Shown: positions 48,234 to 57,832 of the stretch, piece by piece
Layout of the letters: every line of letters starts with the position of its first letter
Numbering within the stretch: position 1 is the stretch's first letter
Assembly: GCA_964486045.1 (NCBI GenBank)
Contig: CAZALK010000001.1
Span: 264,142 to 328,141, forward strand
Origin: an uncultured archaeon
GTDB lineage: Archaea; Asgardarchaeota; Lokiarchaeia; Sigyniarchaeales; SOKP01
Direction: 5' to 3'
DNA: 64,000 nucleotides
Position numbers and translations under genes: made by a program
The notes under the pieces: generated by a model
Told to the model about the DNA's origin: nothing
What the model saw: the letters and a program-made list of their open reading frames with translations, nothing else
The model's database searches: none

Positions 48234-51134
48234 ATGGTTCTAGATGATATTGATCCTAAAAAATTAACACCTATGATGAAACACTGGTGGTCAATTAAGC
48301 AAAAGTATCCAGACCATTTGCTTGCTTATCGGATGGGGGATTTTTTTGAATTCTTTTATGATGATGCTGAAAGAATATCAAAATTAATTGGATTAACTTT
48401 AACAAAAAGAAAGATTGGTAATGATTCATATCCCTTGGCAGGCGTCCCACATCACGCAGTAACAAATCATTTTACTAACTTAATTAATCAAGGGCAGACA
48501 ATAGTTATTGTTGATCAATTAGAAGACCCTGCAACGGTTAAAGGAAGAATAGTTAAACGCGGAGTTACAAGAATATTATCACCTGGAACAGTTATAGATG
48601 GAAACATGCTTAAGTCGAATGATAATAATTATATTGCTTCATTAGTTAAAGAAAAAAGTGGATATGGCATTGCTTTTGCCGATATATCCACGGGAGAGTT
48701 CTTAACTACAGAATTTTCTTCTAAAGATATAGATCCTTTAGAAAAACTATTGAGTATCTTTTCTCAATACGACCCGGTTGAATTAATTATTCCTTCAGAA
48801 CTTAAAAAAGATGAAAGGCTTTTTCTTCACATTACTGACTTAACTAAGACGATAATAAAAACTTATGATGATTATGTCTTTAATATTGAGGAATCGTACA
48901 CTTTAATTACTCGTCATTTTAAAATTTCTAATTTAGAAGGATTTGGATTAGAAGGTTTCAGACTAGCAATACAATCAGCTGGAGGACTTCTTGCTTTCCT
49001 TAAAGAAACTCAGAGAGACATAATTCCTAATATTTTTAAAATAAATATGTTGCATGAATCAAAGAATTTACATTTAGACTATATTACTCAACGAAACTTG
49101 GAGTTAATAACTTCTTTATGGGAGAAAGGCAAGGACTCAACTTTATTTTCTGTTTTTAATCAAACTCATACACCAATGGGTGCGAGGTTATTAAAGAAGA
49201 TTATTCTACAACCTCTTTTAAACAGGGAAGAAATCAATCGACGGTTAAATATTGTCCAAAAATTCAAAGATGATATCTTTTTGAGGTCGGATTTACGAGA
49301 AGAATTAAGTTATATTGGGGATCTTGAAAGATTCATCAATCGCGTTAATTACACGACTCGAACAAATGCTCGAGATTTAATTAATATAAAAAACTCTCTA
49401 GGAAATTTACCTAAAATACGCACTTTACTTGAAAAAGCAGAAATTCCTGAAATCTCACAGCTATTAGCAATTATTAATGACTTTAAAGAAACTAGGAGTT
49501 TAATTGAAGCGACTATTAAAGAGGATTCACCAATAACGGTCAAAGAAGGAAATATAATTAAAAATGGCTACAACGAAAAACTTGACGAATTAAGAGACAT
49601 TTTCAATAATGGAATGACTTATATTCTAAGATATGAAGAAGAGCAAAAAAAGAGGTGGAAATTAACTTCAGGATTAAAAGTAGGGCATAATAATATTATG
49701 GGGTATTATATTCAAATAACAAATAAAACCCTATATTTAATATCAAAAATTCCTGAAGACTACCACGAAAGAGCCACTTTAAAAAATGCAAAACGATTTA
49801 CTACTGAAAAATTGAAAGAATTAGAAGAAAAAATAATTGCTGCTGAAGAAAAAATTAATGAAATCGAATATGAAATCTTTTGTAATATACGTGATACAGT
49901 TGTTAAAGAAACCAGAGGAATTTTAGAAACTACCCAGAATATTGCTATTATCGATGTATTAACATGTTTTGCTGAAATCGCTGAGAAATATGATTATTGC
50001 CGTCCAAAAATAACGGAAGATAATAAAATCATAATTAAGGAAGGAAGACATCCCGTAGTTGACCGTCTTGACATTTCTGACAAATTTATTCCGAATGATA
50101 GTTATTTAGATACTGAAAGTGAACACCTTTTAATCATAACCGGACCAAACATGGCAGGAAAAAGCACTTATCTTCGTCAAGTTGCACTAATATGTATTAT
50201 TGCCCAGATAGGAAGTTTTGTTCCAGCTAAGTCAGCAACTATAGGAATCATCGATCATATCTTTACAAGGATAGGGGCTTCAGATGATCTTGCTAGAAAA
50301 CTAAGCACATTCATGATTGAAATGACAGAAACGGCAAAAATTCTTAATTATGCTACTCCCAAAAGTCTTATTATTATCGATGAGCTTGGTAGGGGAACTT
50401 CCACTAGCGATGGGCAGAGTATTGCAATGGCTACACTTGAAAAACTGCATGAATTAAAGATCAAAACTCTTTTTAGCACTCATTATCATCAATTAACAGA
50501 AATAAACTTACCAGGAGTAAAAAATTATCATTTAGACATCATAGAAAACAGTGATGGAAGCATTAATTTCGTTAGAAAGCTAAAACCAGGTAGCACAGAT
50601 AAATCATATGGCATCCATGTAGCAAAATTAGCAGGGATTCCTGATGATGTAATAATCAGAGCTTTTGAAATTCTAGAACAAATAGAGCAAAATGATCCCT
50701 TTAGTACAATTGTTAGGGAAAATGGGAATAAAATATCATCTGAAAGGCATTATGATAAGGTTTTAAATGGAAAAAAAATAGAACTTGAAAGATTAAATAG
50801 TAAACTAAAATCTGTAAAAGAGAAATTGGATAACTATAGTAACGATCTAGTAAGAGAGAAAAGAGAGATTGAAAAAAAAAATGCTGAGATCAAGGATTTG
50901 GATACTAAAATAAAAGAACTTATAACTAAAGCTTCTCAAACTCAGATTTTGAGAAAGAAAAAGTATGTGCAAACAAGCTTATTTGAATCTTCACCAATGA
51001 AAAAAGAAGCAATCAATGAGAGAATAGATAATCTAGTTAATTATTTCAAAAAATTTGATATTGATACGTTAGCTCCAAATGATATGAAGGAAAAATTGCA
51101 AGAACTTAAAAAGAAGATAGAAAGTAATACTTAA
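48234..51134 (+). CDS. mutS: DNA mismatch repair protein MutS
   Basis: TPMM, RMGDFFEFF, TGPNMAGKST, STFMIEM, DELGRGTS, SYGIHVAKLAG. Confidence 0.98.
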   Translation: MVLDDIDPKKLTPMMKHWWSIKQKYPDHLLAYRMGDFFEFFYDDAERISKLIGLTLTKRKIGNDSYPLAGVPHHAVTNHFTNLINQGQTIVIVDQLEDPATVKGRIVKRGVTRILSPGTVIDGNMLKSNDNNYIASLVKEKSGYGIAFADISTGEFLTTEFSSKDIDPLEKLLSIFSQYDPVELIIPSELKKDERLFLHITDLTKTIIKTYDDYVFNIEESYTLITRHFKISNLEGFGLEGFRLAIQSAGGLLAFLKETQRDIIPNIFKINMLHESKNLHLDYITQRNLELITSLWEKGKDSTLFSVFNQTHTPMGARLLKKIILQPLLNREEINRRLNIVQKFKDDIFLRSDLREELSYIGDLERFINRVNYTTRTNARDLINIKNSLGNLPKIRTLLEKAEIPEISQLLAIINDFKETRSLIEATIKEDSPITVKEGNIIKNGYNEKLDELRDIFNNGMTYILRYEEEQKKRWKLTSGLKVGHNNIMGYYIQITNKTLYLISKIPEDYHERATLKNAKRFTTEKLKELEEKIIAAEEKINEIEYEIFCNIRDTVVKETRGILETTQNIAIIDVLTCFAEIAEKYDYCRPKITEDNKIIIKEGRHPVVDRLDISDKFIPNDSYLDTESEHLLIITGPNMAGKSTYLRQVALICIIAQIGSFVPAKSATIGIIDHIFTRIGASDDLARKLSTFMIEMTETAKILNYATPKSLIIIDELGRGTSTSDGQSIAMATLEKLHELKIKTLFSTHYHQLTEINLPGVKNYHLDIIENSDGSINFVRKLKPGSTDKSYGIHVAKLAGIPDDVIIRAFEILEQIEQNDPFSTIVRENGNKISSERHYDKVLNGKKIELERLNSKLKSVKEKLDNYSNDLVREKREIEKKNAEIKDLDTKIKELITKASQTQILRKKKYVQTSLFESSPMKKEAINERIDNLVNYFKKFDIDTLAPNDMKEKLQELKKKIESNT

Positions 51135-52051
51135 GTTAAAACGACTTTTAGATTAGGAATAATAAACACTATTGTAGTTAGATATATATAATATACCGTT
51201 ATTATTGATACTAGAATAACACGGTATAAATTCTTCCTGTCTATATTCTTAATATTTTCCATGAATATTATCAACAACAATCCAATAAACATTAAATGGG
51301 AAGGCTGTAAAGCTTTCCAAATAATCGAATCAATGATTAAGACTCCATGGATTTCAGCATCACTATACCCCCAATTTGTAATCATTTGAAGGAAGTATTC
51401 AGGAAAAATAACATACGGAATGCATATAATAGCAAAAGGAATTAGAAAATAGATAAGATCTTTCAACTTAATTTTTCTTGCTACTAATAAAACTGGAATA
51501 AAGACTACCACAGTTATTTTAAAGGTTGCAAGAGAAAAGAGAATACCTGCTATCCATTTTTTGTCTTTTTCCAGATATATAAATGAATAAAACAATAAGA
51601 AAGCAATTAGAAAATTAACATTATTGTAATAAGCATCGATGCTATAGCCCACTATACCCAAAATATAAAAAATTAGTAAATCTTTTTTATTTTTAAACAC
51701 CTTAGGTGATTCCCTTATAATTAAAATTGTTAACACTAATCTTACCACATCCCAAACATACACACCTATTAAACCATCAGTGGGAATAATTTTTATTGGG
51801 AAAAATAAGAAATACCAGAAATAAAGATAATAAGGAGGCCAATCTGATATTGGCACATCATTATAAAAATTGGTTAAACCGTTGTTCATACCCTCTAACA
51901 ATATTTTAAAATCGATATCTTTTGTTTCCTTTATCCATGGTGAGATATCAAAAAAATATAAGAATATCCTCAAAATAATAAAAAAAATCGTTATTATTGC
52001 TAAAAGATAAATGATAAATTTCTGAATCGAATTTCCTCTTTCATTACTCAT
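51131..52051 (-). CDS. GT87/DUF2029-like membrane glycosyltransferase
   Basis: Multi-TM; DF, PPYYLY, NVN, AGILFSLATFK. Confidence 0.7.
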   Translation of the reverse strand: MSNERGNSIQKFIIYLLAIITIFFIILRIFLYFFDISPWIKETKDIDFKILLEGMNNGLTNFYNDVPISDWPPYYLYFWYFLFFPIKIIPTDGLIGVYVWDVVRLVLTILIIRESPKVFKNKKDLLIFYILGIVGYSIDAYYNNVNFLIAFLLFYSFIYLEKDKKWIAGILFSLATFKITVVVFIPVLLVARKIKLKDLIYFLIPFAIICIPYVIFPEYFLQMITNWGYSDAEIHGVLIIDSIIWKALQPSHLMFIGLLLIIFMENIKNIDRKNLYRVILVSIITVYYIYLTTIVFIIPNLKVVLT

Positions 52052-52273
52052 AGCAATTTAGCAACTTCAGATGTTTGGTTCTATTAAAATTACTTTGATA
52101 TATTAAAGCAGATTTAAAAGCCTTACTTATAGGGAATTATTAGAATATATCTTAACTTAGATTTATTTAAACCTTAATAGAGTAGTATTTTAAATTTGAT
52201 GGTAATGGGAATTATATTAACTTAATTGAATTTATAATTTATAGGAATTAAATGTAAAAAGATTGGTAGTAAA

Positions 52274-54136
52274 TTGACCGAGAGGAAAATTAGAAGGATA
52301 CTAGATGCTGAAAAAATAGCTGCTGGAGAAGTAGTTGAAAGACCTGCTAACATTGTAAAAGAACTTATTGAAAATAGTATAGATGCAGGAGCAAAAGAAA
52401 TTAGAATAGTCATTAAAAAAGCTGGTAAATTTTTGATACACGTAATTGATGATGGTGTTGGAATTTCTCCTGAGGATATAGAATTTGCTTTTGAAAGGCA
52501 TACAAGTAGCAAAATTAGGAGTATAGAAGATCTTGAGACACTTTCCACTTTAGGATTCAGAGGTGAAGCGCTTGCTAGTATTGCTGCCGTAAGTCAAGTG
52601 GAAATTATTTCAAGATCAAAAAAGAATGAGAGAGGAGTACACTTAACTATAGAGGGAGGAAAAGTAAAAGGGAAAAGTGAAATCTCTAGCCAAATTGGAA
52701 CAGATATTAAAGTAAAAAATCTTTTCTACAATATCCCTGCCAGACAGAAATTCCTTAAAAAAGATTCAACAGAACTTAGTCATATTACAGATTTTATACA
52801 AAGATACTCATTAGCATTTCCAGAGATTCATTTCATATATCGTCATAATGATTTAGATATTTTGACTTGCCCTGCGAACAACAATTTAAAAACAACAGTA
52901 TTTCATATATATGGGAAGAACATTGCGAAATATATGGAGCCTATTAATTACGTGGGAGAAGATTCCTTTATTAAAATAAAAGGTTTAATAGGGCATCCAC
53001 AAATTTCTAAAAAAAATAGGAGCTATTCAAGCCTGTTTATTAATAAACGTTACGTTGTTAGTGATCTTTTGTTTAGAGCTATTAAAGAAGCATATAAAGG
53101 AACATTGATGATAAATAAATACCCATTTTTTGTTATATTTCTAGATTTAGACCCCTCCGTTGTTGATTTTAATGTCCACCCAAAAAAACTCCATGTTAGA
53201 TTCGAAAAGGAAGATGTTCTATATAATAGAGTATACAACATTATCAGAAGTTTTGTTGAAAGTAATTTTATTAAAAAAGAGGCTAAATATATTTCCACTG
53301 AGCTAAATCCTTATATTCAAACCAATGAAAAAGAAATATCTGAGAAGATATTTACCATTAATGAAACTCGTGATGTTGAAGAAGAATTAAGTAAACCGGT
53401 GAGATTAATAAAAGAAGAAATAGATAAGACTGAAGAAAGCGTCCAATTAAATTTAATGGATCAGGTTATCGAAAAGAAAGGAAAATATGAATCTTATTTA
53501 AGAGGTAAATATATTATTGCAAAGAATTTTCCAAAGCTTCGTTTAATTTCTTCTACAGGTCAATTAAGCAATAAAATTTACATCGTTTTAGAAGGGATCA
53601 ATGATAATAAAGAAGAAGGATTATTTATTTTAGATCAACATGCCGCAGCAGAACGGATAACAAAAGAAAAACTCCTAAATGATTATGAATCAGTAAAAGG
53701 AAGTAAACAAAAATTAATCCATCCACTTAATATTGATGTTTCTCCTAGTGATAGGGTATTCTTAGAAGATAACTTAAAAGAAGTTAGAAAAATTGGATTT
53801 AGGCTTGAGAACTTCGGTGGAAATACATTTATTTTGAGAGAGATTCCTACAATCATGAATAAACTCCCTGACGTTAACATAATTAAGGAAATTATCAGTG
53901 ATATTACTGAAATCGGAAAAGACAGAAGTTTTGAAGAGGTAAAGGAGGAAATTATTAATTATTTAGCATGCCATAAAAGCATTCGAGGAGGAGATGATTT
54001 ATCACTAACCGATATAAGAAAATTATTAATGGATTTAGCTGAGTGTAAGGATTCTTATCATTGCGCTCACGGAAGACCAACTTTAAGATTTATTTCTTAT
54101 AAAGAATTAGATAAACTTTTTAAAAGAACTGGTTAA
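52274..54136 (+). CDS. mutL: DNA mismatch repair protein MutL
   Basis: IAAGEVVERP, GFRGEAL, DQHAAAE, ACH, HCAHGRP. Confidence 0.98.
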   Translation: MTERKIRRILDAEKIAAGEVVERPANIVKELIENSIDAGAKEIRIVIKKAGKFLIHVIDDGVGISPEDIEFAFERHTSSKIRSIEDLETLSTLGFRGEALASIAAVSQVEIISRSKKNERGVHLTIEGGKVKGKSEISSQIGTDIKVKNLFYNIPARQKFLKKDSTELSHITDFIQRYSLAFPEIHFIYRHNDLDILTCPANNNLKTTVFHIYGKNIAKYMEPINYVGEDSFIKIKGLIGHPQISKKNRSYSSLFINKRYVVSDLLFRAIKEAYKGTLMINKYPFFVIFLDLDPSVVDFNVHPKKLHVRFEKEDVLYNRVYNIIRSFVESNFIKKEAKYISTELNPYIQTNEKEISEKIFTINETRDVEEELSKPVRLIKEEIDKTEESVQLNLMDQVIEKKGKYESYLRGKYIIAKNFPKLRLISSTGQLSNKIYIVLEGINDNKEEGLFILDQHAAAERITKEKLLNDYESVKGSKQKLIHPLNIDVSPSDRVFLEDNLKEVRKIGFRLENFGGNTFILREIPTIMNKLPDVNIIKEIISDITEIGKDRSFEEVKEEIINYLACHKSIRGGDDLSLTDIRKLLMDLAECKDSYHCAHGRPTLRFISYKELDKLFKRTG

Positions 54137-54163
54137 AGTTCATTTTTTAATTTTAGAAACAAT

Positions 54164-54430
54164 TTATGCTTTTGAGAAAGCTATAGCTTCAATTCCTTGG
54201 ATTCCCTCGACTTTACTAAATAATTCTTCAAGTCTATCCGTACCACCCCATTCTTCAGGATATCTTACACGAACTCTCGCTTTTTCTAAACCAAATGCAA
54301 CAGGTAATATTTCATAACGCTCAATAGCACACGTATCAGGTAATACTTTTGTTAAATTCCCAACAAATTCTTCAAAATCAACGTCTGTATCTTCTGGAAC
54401 GACATCGATTAATGCTATAAATTCTTTCAT
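54164..54430 (-). CDS. ef1b: Elongation factor 1-beta
   Basis: VVPEDTDVD, PVAFGL, GGTD. Confidence 0.92.
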   Translation of the reverse strand: MKEFIALIDVVPEDTDVDFEEFVGNLTKVLPDTCAIERYEILPVAFGLEKARVRVRYPEEWGGTDRLEELFSKVEGIQGIEAIAFSKA

Positions 54431-54455
54431 TTAGGTTACTTCTCTTAATAATTCT

Positions 54456-54632
54456 TTAAGGACCTTCAAAATCACATTTTAAACAGCGAAAAGAATTTCC
54501 TGATTCTCTACAACGCTCACATCTCCAAATTGTGACATCTCCACATTGAGGACAAGGAAAGTGTACAGCTGATTCATACGGTGTAATCGGCCTTCCGCAG
54601 CCAAAACAGATATTTTTTTTATAAGAGCTCAT
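54456..54632 (-). CDS. HVO_2753/DUF1610-like zinc-finger protein (58 aa, below the ORF-track cutoff)
   Basis: MSSYKKNICFGCG...FPCPQCG...RCERCR...CLKCDFEGP; usual archaeal position directly upstream of EF-1beta. Confidence 0.92.
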   Translation of the reverse strand: MSSYKKNICFGCGRPITPYESAVHFPCPQCGDVTIWRCERCRESGNSFRCLKCDFEGP

Positions 54633-54862
54633 GAAGTAATCAAAGATAACTTATATAGACCTTGGATTTTAAAATATGTATTAACTTTAATTATTTTTGG
54701 TTTATAATACTAGAATAGACTAAGAAAGTTTTTTATGGTTCTAAATTTAAAAATAATTTAAATCGTATAATGAAAATATAAATCAAACTTTAAATTAATA
54801 AACACTCTAGTTTGCATATAAACTAAATACTTTAATTAAATTTGGGTTAAGAGCGAATTTCG

Positions 54863-55393
54863 ATGCCAGAAAATAAAGTAAAGAAATATTTCTCACTAAT
54901 AGAAGCGTGGGCTTGGTGTGATATTTGTGATGAGATGATCGCCTTAAAATTAGATAAAAATGAGATTATTAATGGATTAAAGACGAGTATTTATACAAAA
55001 GAATACAAACATGCTAATCCTTCTCCCGATCTGGATGATACAGACGACATTTCTGGACAAGAACATACCATTTATATCTATATTAATGAAAATTATGATA
55101 TCACAGGAGTGAAATCATTTTTTGGAGAATCCCCTACCACTGACGAAATTGGTGCCGAAACCATAGAAGCAGGAGGTGAAGTGAGAATTCCTGTTATTGT
55201 AAAAGATGTATCACCGATGGCGGTTCAATTGGGGATGTTGACTAAAGAGCAATTTAAAGTTCTTAAAATTTGTGATGGTATGAACACAGTTGAACAAGTT
55301 GCTTCAATTGCTCAAAAAAGTTTAGATGAGATTGAAAAAATGATGGATCAGCTCCGAAAAAAAGGATTAGTTAAAGTAATTAAAAGAACTTAG
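54863..55393 (+). CDS. Hypothetical protein with N-terminal CxxC domain and C-terminal winged HTH
   Basis: WCDIC; CDGMNTVEQVASIAQKSLDEIEKMMDQLRKKGLV. Confidence 0.7.
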   Translation: MPENKVKKYFSLIEAWAWCDICDEMIALKLDKNEIINGLKTSIYTKEYKHANPSPDLDDTDDISGQEHTIYIYINENYDITGVKSFFGESPTTDEIGAETIEAGGEVRIPVIVKDVSPMAVQLGMLTKEQFKVLKICDGMNTVEQVASIAQKSLDEIEKMMDQLRKKGLVKVIKRT

Positions 55394-55432
55394 TATTAAG
55401 TTCTTCTCTGTTTTTAAATTTAAATGCACTTT

Positions 55433-56569
55433 CTATCTAGTAATCAATAAATCTTCTAGTTCCTGTTTCATCTTCTTGATTTTTGGTTTCTCAAAATGTT
55501 TTCTTGCAGGATTTAAGATATCAATGATTCTGTTGGAAACACTGTTTTTTAAGTCGAGTGGATGAATTTTTTTGTTTAGATAAGCCTCTTCCAATTCTTG
55601 ATAAGCAAAAAACTCTAAATCTCCCCCAAATTTTGCTTTTCGTTCAATTAGGAAATGAGAGTCCTTTTCTCGAAAAATAATGTATTTTACCCAGTCAAGA
55701 ATTGGATTAAACGATATATTTCCTTCTGGACAGAATGCGGAAGTGATTTTTTCTTTTATTTCTTTTGGACTATCATGAATGAAAACAGCAGAGTTAGGTA
55801 ATGATTTACTCATTTTCATTTGAGACCAAAGCTCTTTTAATTGATCATCATCTTTTATTGGCCAAATTGGTGGTTTTTGCAAGCCTAAGATCAAATGATT
55901 GTGAATACAAATTGGTTTAATTTTCGTACCCTTTGAGTTTGTAAGGTTATTTTTTTTCATTTTTAAGGCAATATCTCGAGCAATCACATGAGCTTTCCTT
56001 TGATCATAACCAGCATGAGCAATGTTTACATTTTGGATAAAAATGTCAGCAACTTGCATAGCAGGATACAATAATTTTGCAAAATCAATATTTTCGCCTT
56101 GTTTTCTTCCCATGATTGTAATACTTCTTTGCATTCTACTTAAAGTAGTACTTTTACACACGTCGATGAGAGTTTCCCAGTATTCATCGTTATTATGATA
56201 TAGTTCTGATCCCAGAGTAAATTTAACATTATTTGGATCTGCTCCAACACAAGATAAGCCTGCTTTAAGTCCTTCTTTAAAATATCCAAAAGCTATTTCT
56301 CGTATTTTGTCCATATCTCCCCCTAATTTGTCATTAATCCAACTATGCCAATCCGCAAGAAATATTGAACAATGGATGCCAGCATCAATAAAATCTTTAA
56401 TTTTTGCCATACAAATTAGTCCAGTGCCTAGATGTATTTTACCGGAGATTTCAAAGCCTATATAATGATTTAAAGGAACTCCAGTTTCTAGAAGATGGAG
56501 CAAATTACCTTCAGTTAATATTTCCTCGGTTCCTCGTTTTATTAAATTAATTTTATCATGGATATCCAT
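55433..56569 (-). CDS. tyrS: Tyrosyl-tRNA synthetase (archaeal type)
   Basis: YIGFEISGKIHLG, YPAMQVADI, GYDQRK, KMSKS. Confidence 0.97.
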   Translation of the reverse strand: MDIHDKINLIKRGTEEILTEGNLLHLLETGVPLNHYIGFEISGKIHLGTGLICMAKIKDFIDAGIHCSIFLADWHSWINDKLGGDMDKIREIAFGYFKEGLKAGLSCVGADPNNVKFTLGSELYHNNDEYWETLIDVCKSTTLSRMQRSITIMGRKQGENIDFAKLLYPAMQVADIFIQNVNIAHAGYDQRKAHVIARDIALKMKKNNLTNSKGTKIKPICIHNHLILGLQKPPIWPIKDDDQLKELWSQMKMSKSLPNSAVFIHDSPKEIKEKITSAFCPEGNISFNPILDWVKYIIFREKDSHFLIERKAKFGGDLEFFAYQELEEAYLNKKIHPLDLKNSVSNRIIDILNPARKHFEKPKIKKMKQELEDLLITR

Positions 56570-56679
56570 GTGAAAACATAATAAAAAAAGGATTAATAAT
56601 TTTGTTAAAAAATGATTTAAAGTAGGAAAGTCTGGAGATTTACATTAAATCTTACTCTCAAATTAATAAATTAAAAACA

Positions 56680-57066
56680 TTAATCAACGAGTTTAAGTCT
56701 CATTGATGACCAATCCTTATTAATTGAAATCAATCCAACTGTTTTCAAACCTATTGTTTGAGCAAATTCTCTTAAATTATCTCTATTTATATCTGTTTTA
56801 ATTTTAGACGTTCCTTTCAAGTATGAAACCCACAATTTTCCTTCAGTATTTAACTTTTCTTTCAGTTTTGGTAAAAATTCTTCAAGCTCCTTGCGATTTT
56901 TAACAAAAATTTGAATAAAATCTACTTTTTTTTCCGATTCTGAAAGGATTGAGACTTCTTTTGGTAAATCACCAAGGATTGAATTGTAATTCTCGGGTGG
57001 GTTTATTAAAAGAATTTTATCCTTTCCTTTAATAAAGAGTTTTTGAGCAATAGTTTTTTGCGATAT
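56680..57066 (-). CDS. DUF3052-like protein (128 aa), missed by the ORF track; apparent ATA start
   Basis: (I)SQKTIAQKLFIK...INPPENY...DFIQIFV...GKLWVSYLKGTSKIKTDINRD...DWSSMRL; no ATG/GTG/TTG between the upstream in-frame stop (57145-57147) and the conserved N-terminus. Confidence 0.8.
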   Translation of the reverse strand: MSQKTIAQKLFIKGKDKILLINPPENYNSILGDLPKEVSILSESEKKVDFIQIFVKNRKELEEFLPKLKEKLNTEGKLWVSYLKGTSKIKTDINRDNLREFAQTIGLKTVGLISINKDWSSMRLKLVD

Positions 57067-57144
57067 AATAATCCCTTTTTCAATAATAGTTTTGATTAGA
57101 AGATAAAAGTTAAGGGGATTATTAAATCTATTAGCTATGAAATA

Positions 57145-57832
57145 TTAATGCTCTAAAGCAGCAAATATCTCCTTACCCTTTTCAATACCCAAATTAAGGG
57201 CTTTAATGTTCAAATCTGGGTCTCTCAACCATTCTTTGATAACTTCTTCATAATGATGGATTTCAATAAAAGGTAATTTTCCAGTTATTATTGCGAAACC
57301 TAACATGATGAGATTAACTTGTTTATTGGAATTAAAATTGTTTAATGATAATTGAGTAGCTTTCATAAAAAAAACTTGATCGCTATAACCATTTAAAATT
57401 TCCTTTATTTTTTCTAAGGGGGGATATTTTTCCAAATCCGCTGTAACTAATATGTTTGGGATATCTCGTTCATTTATCACAAAACTTGTCTTTTTTGATG
57501 CAAAGATTCCTCGTCTTAAAGTTTCGACGGGTTCAAAGCATATATATAGATCACCATCACCATAACTGATAAGGGGAGAATGCAGATTTTTTCTTTCATC
57601 ATTATAAATTTTTTGTTGATATCGTGTATGACTCATAATAGCTCCTTCTCGCTGAGCAAGTCCGTGCATCAAACGCTTAAACTCGAATTGAGTTGTAAGA
57701 TTCGCTTCCAAAGACTCGCTCAACATCAGCTTTTTGAGCTGCAAATTCTATCAATCTTTTTAGAGTTATTACACCCTGACCAGCAGTACCAGCTATAACA
57801 ATATTAATAATGTCTGTTTCCTCAAATTTCAC
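57145..57832 (-). CDS. iorB: Indolepyruvate:ferredoxin oxidoreductase beta subunit, two exons (57832-57701 + 57669-57145), 218 aa if spliced
   Basis: GTG start behind a GAGGTG SD; IAGTAGQGVIT...VFGSE joined to MHGLAQREGA by removing 31 nt. Confidence 0.88.
57670..57700 (-). other. Candidate 31-nt bulge-helix-bulge intron in iorB mRNA
   Basis: Central helix AGCG/CGUU; 3-nt bulges AAU and UGA; inner stems CUUA/UAAG and AACUC/GAGUU; cuts AA|U and UG|A restore GAA-AUG. Confidence 0.75.
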
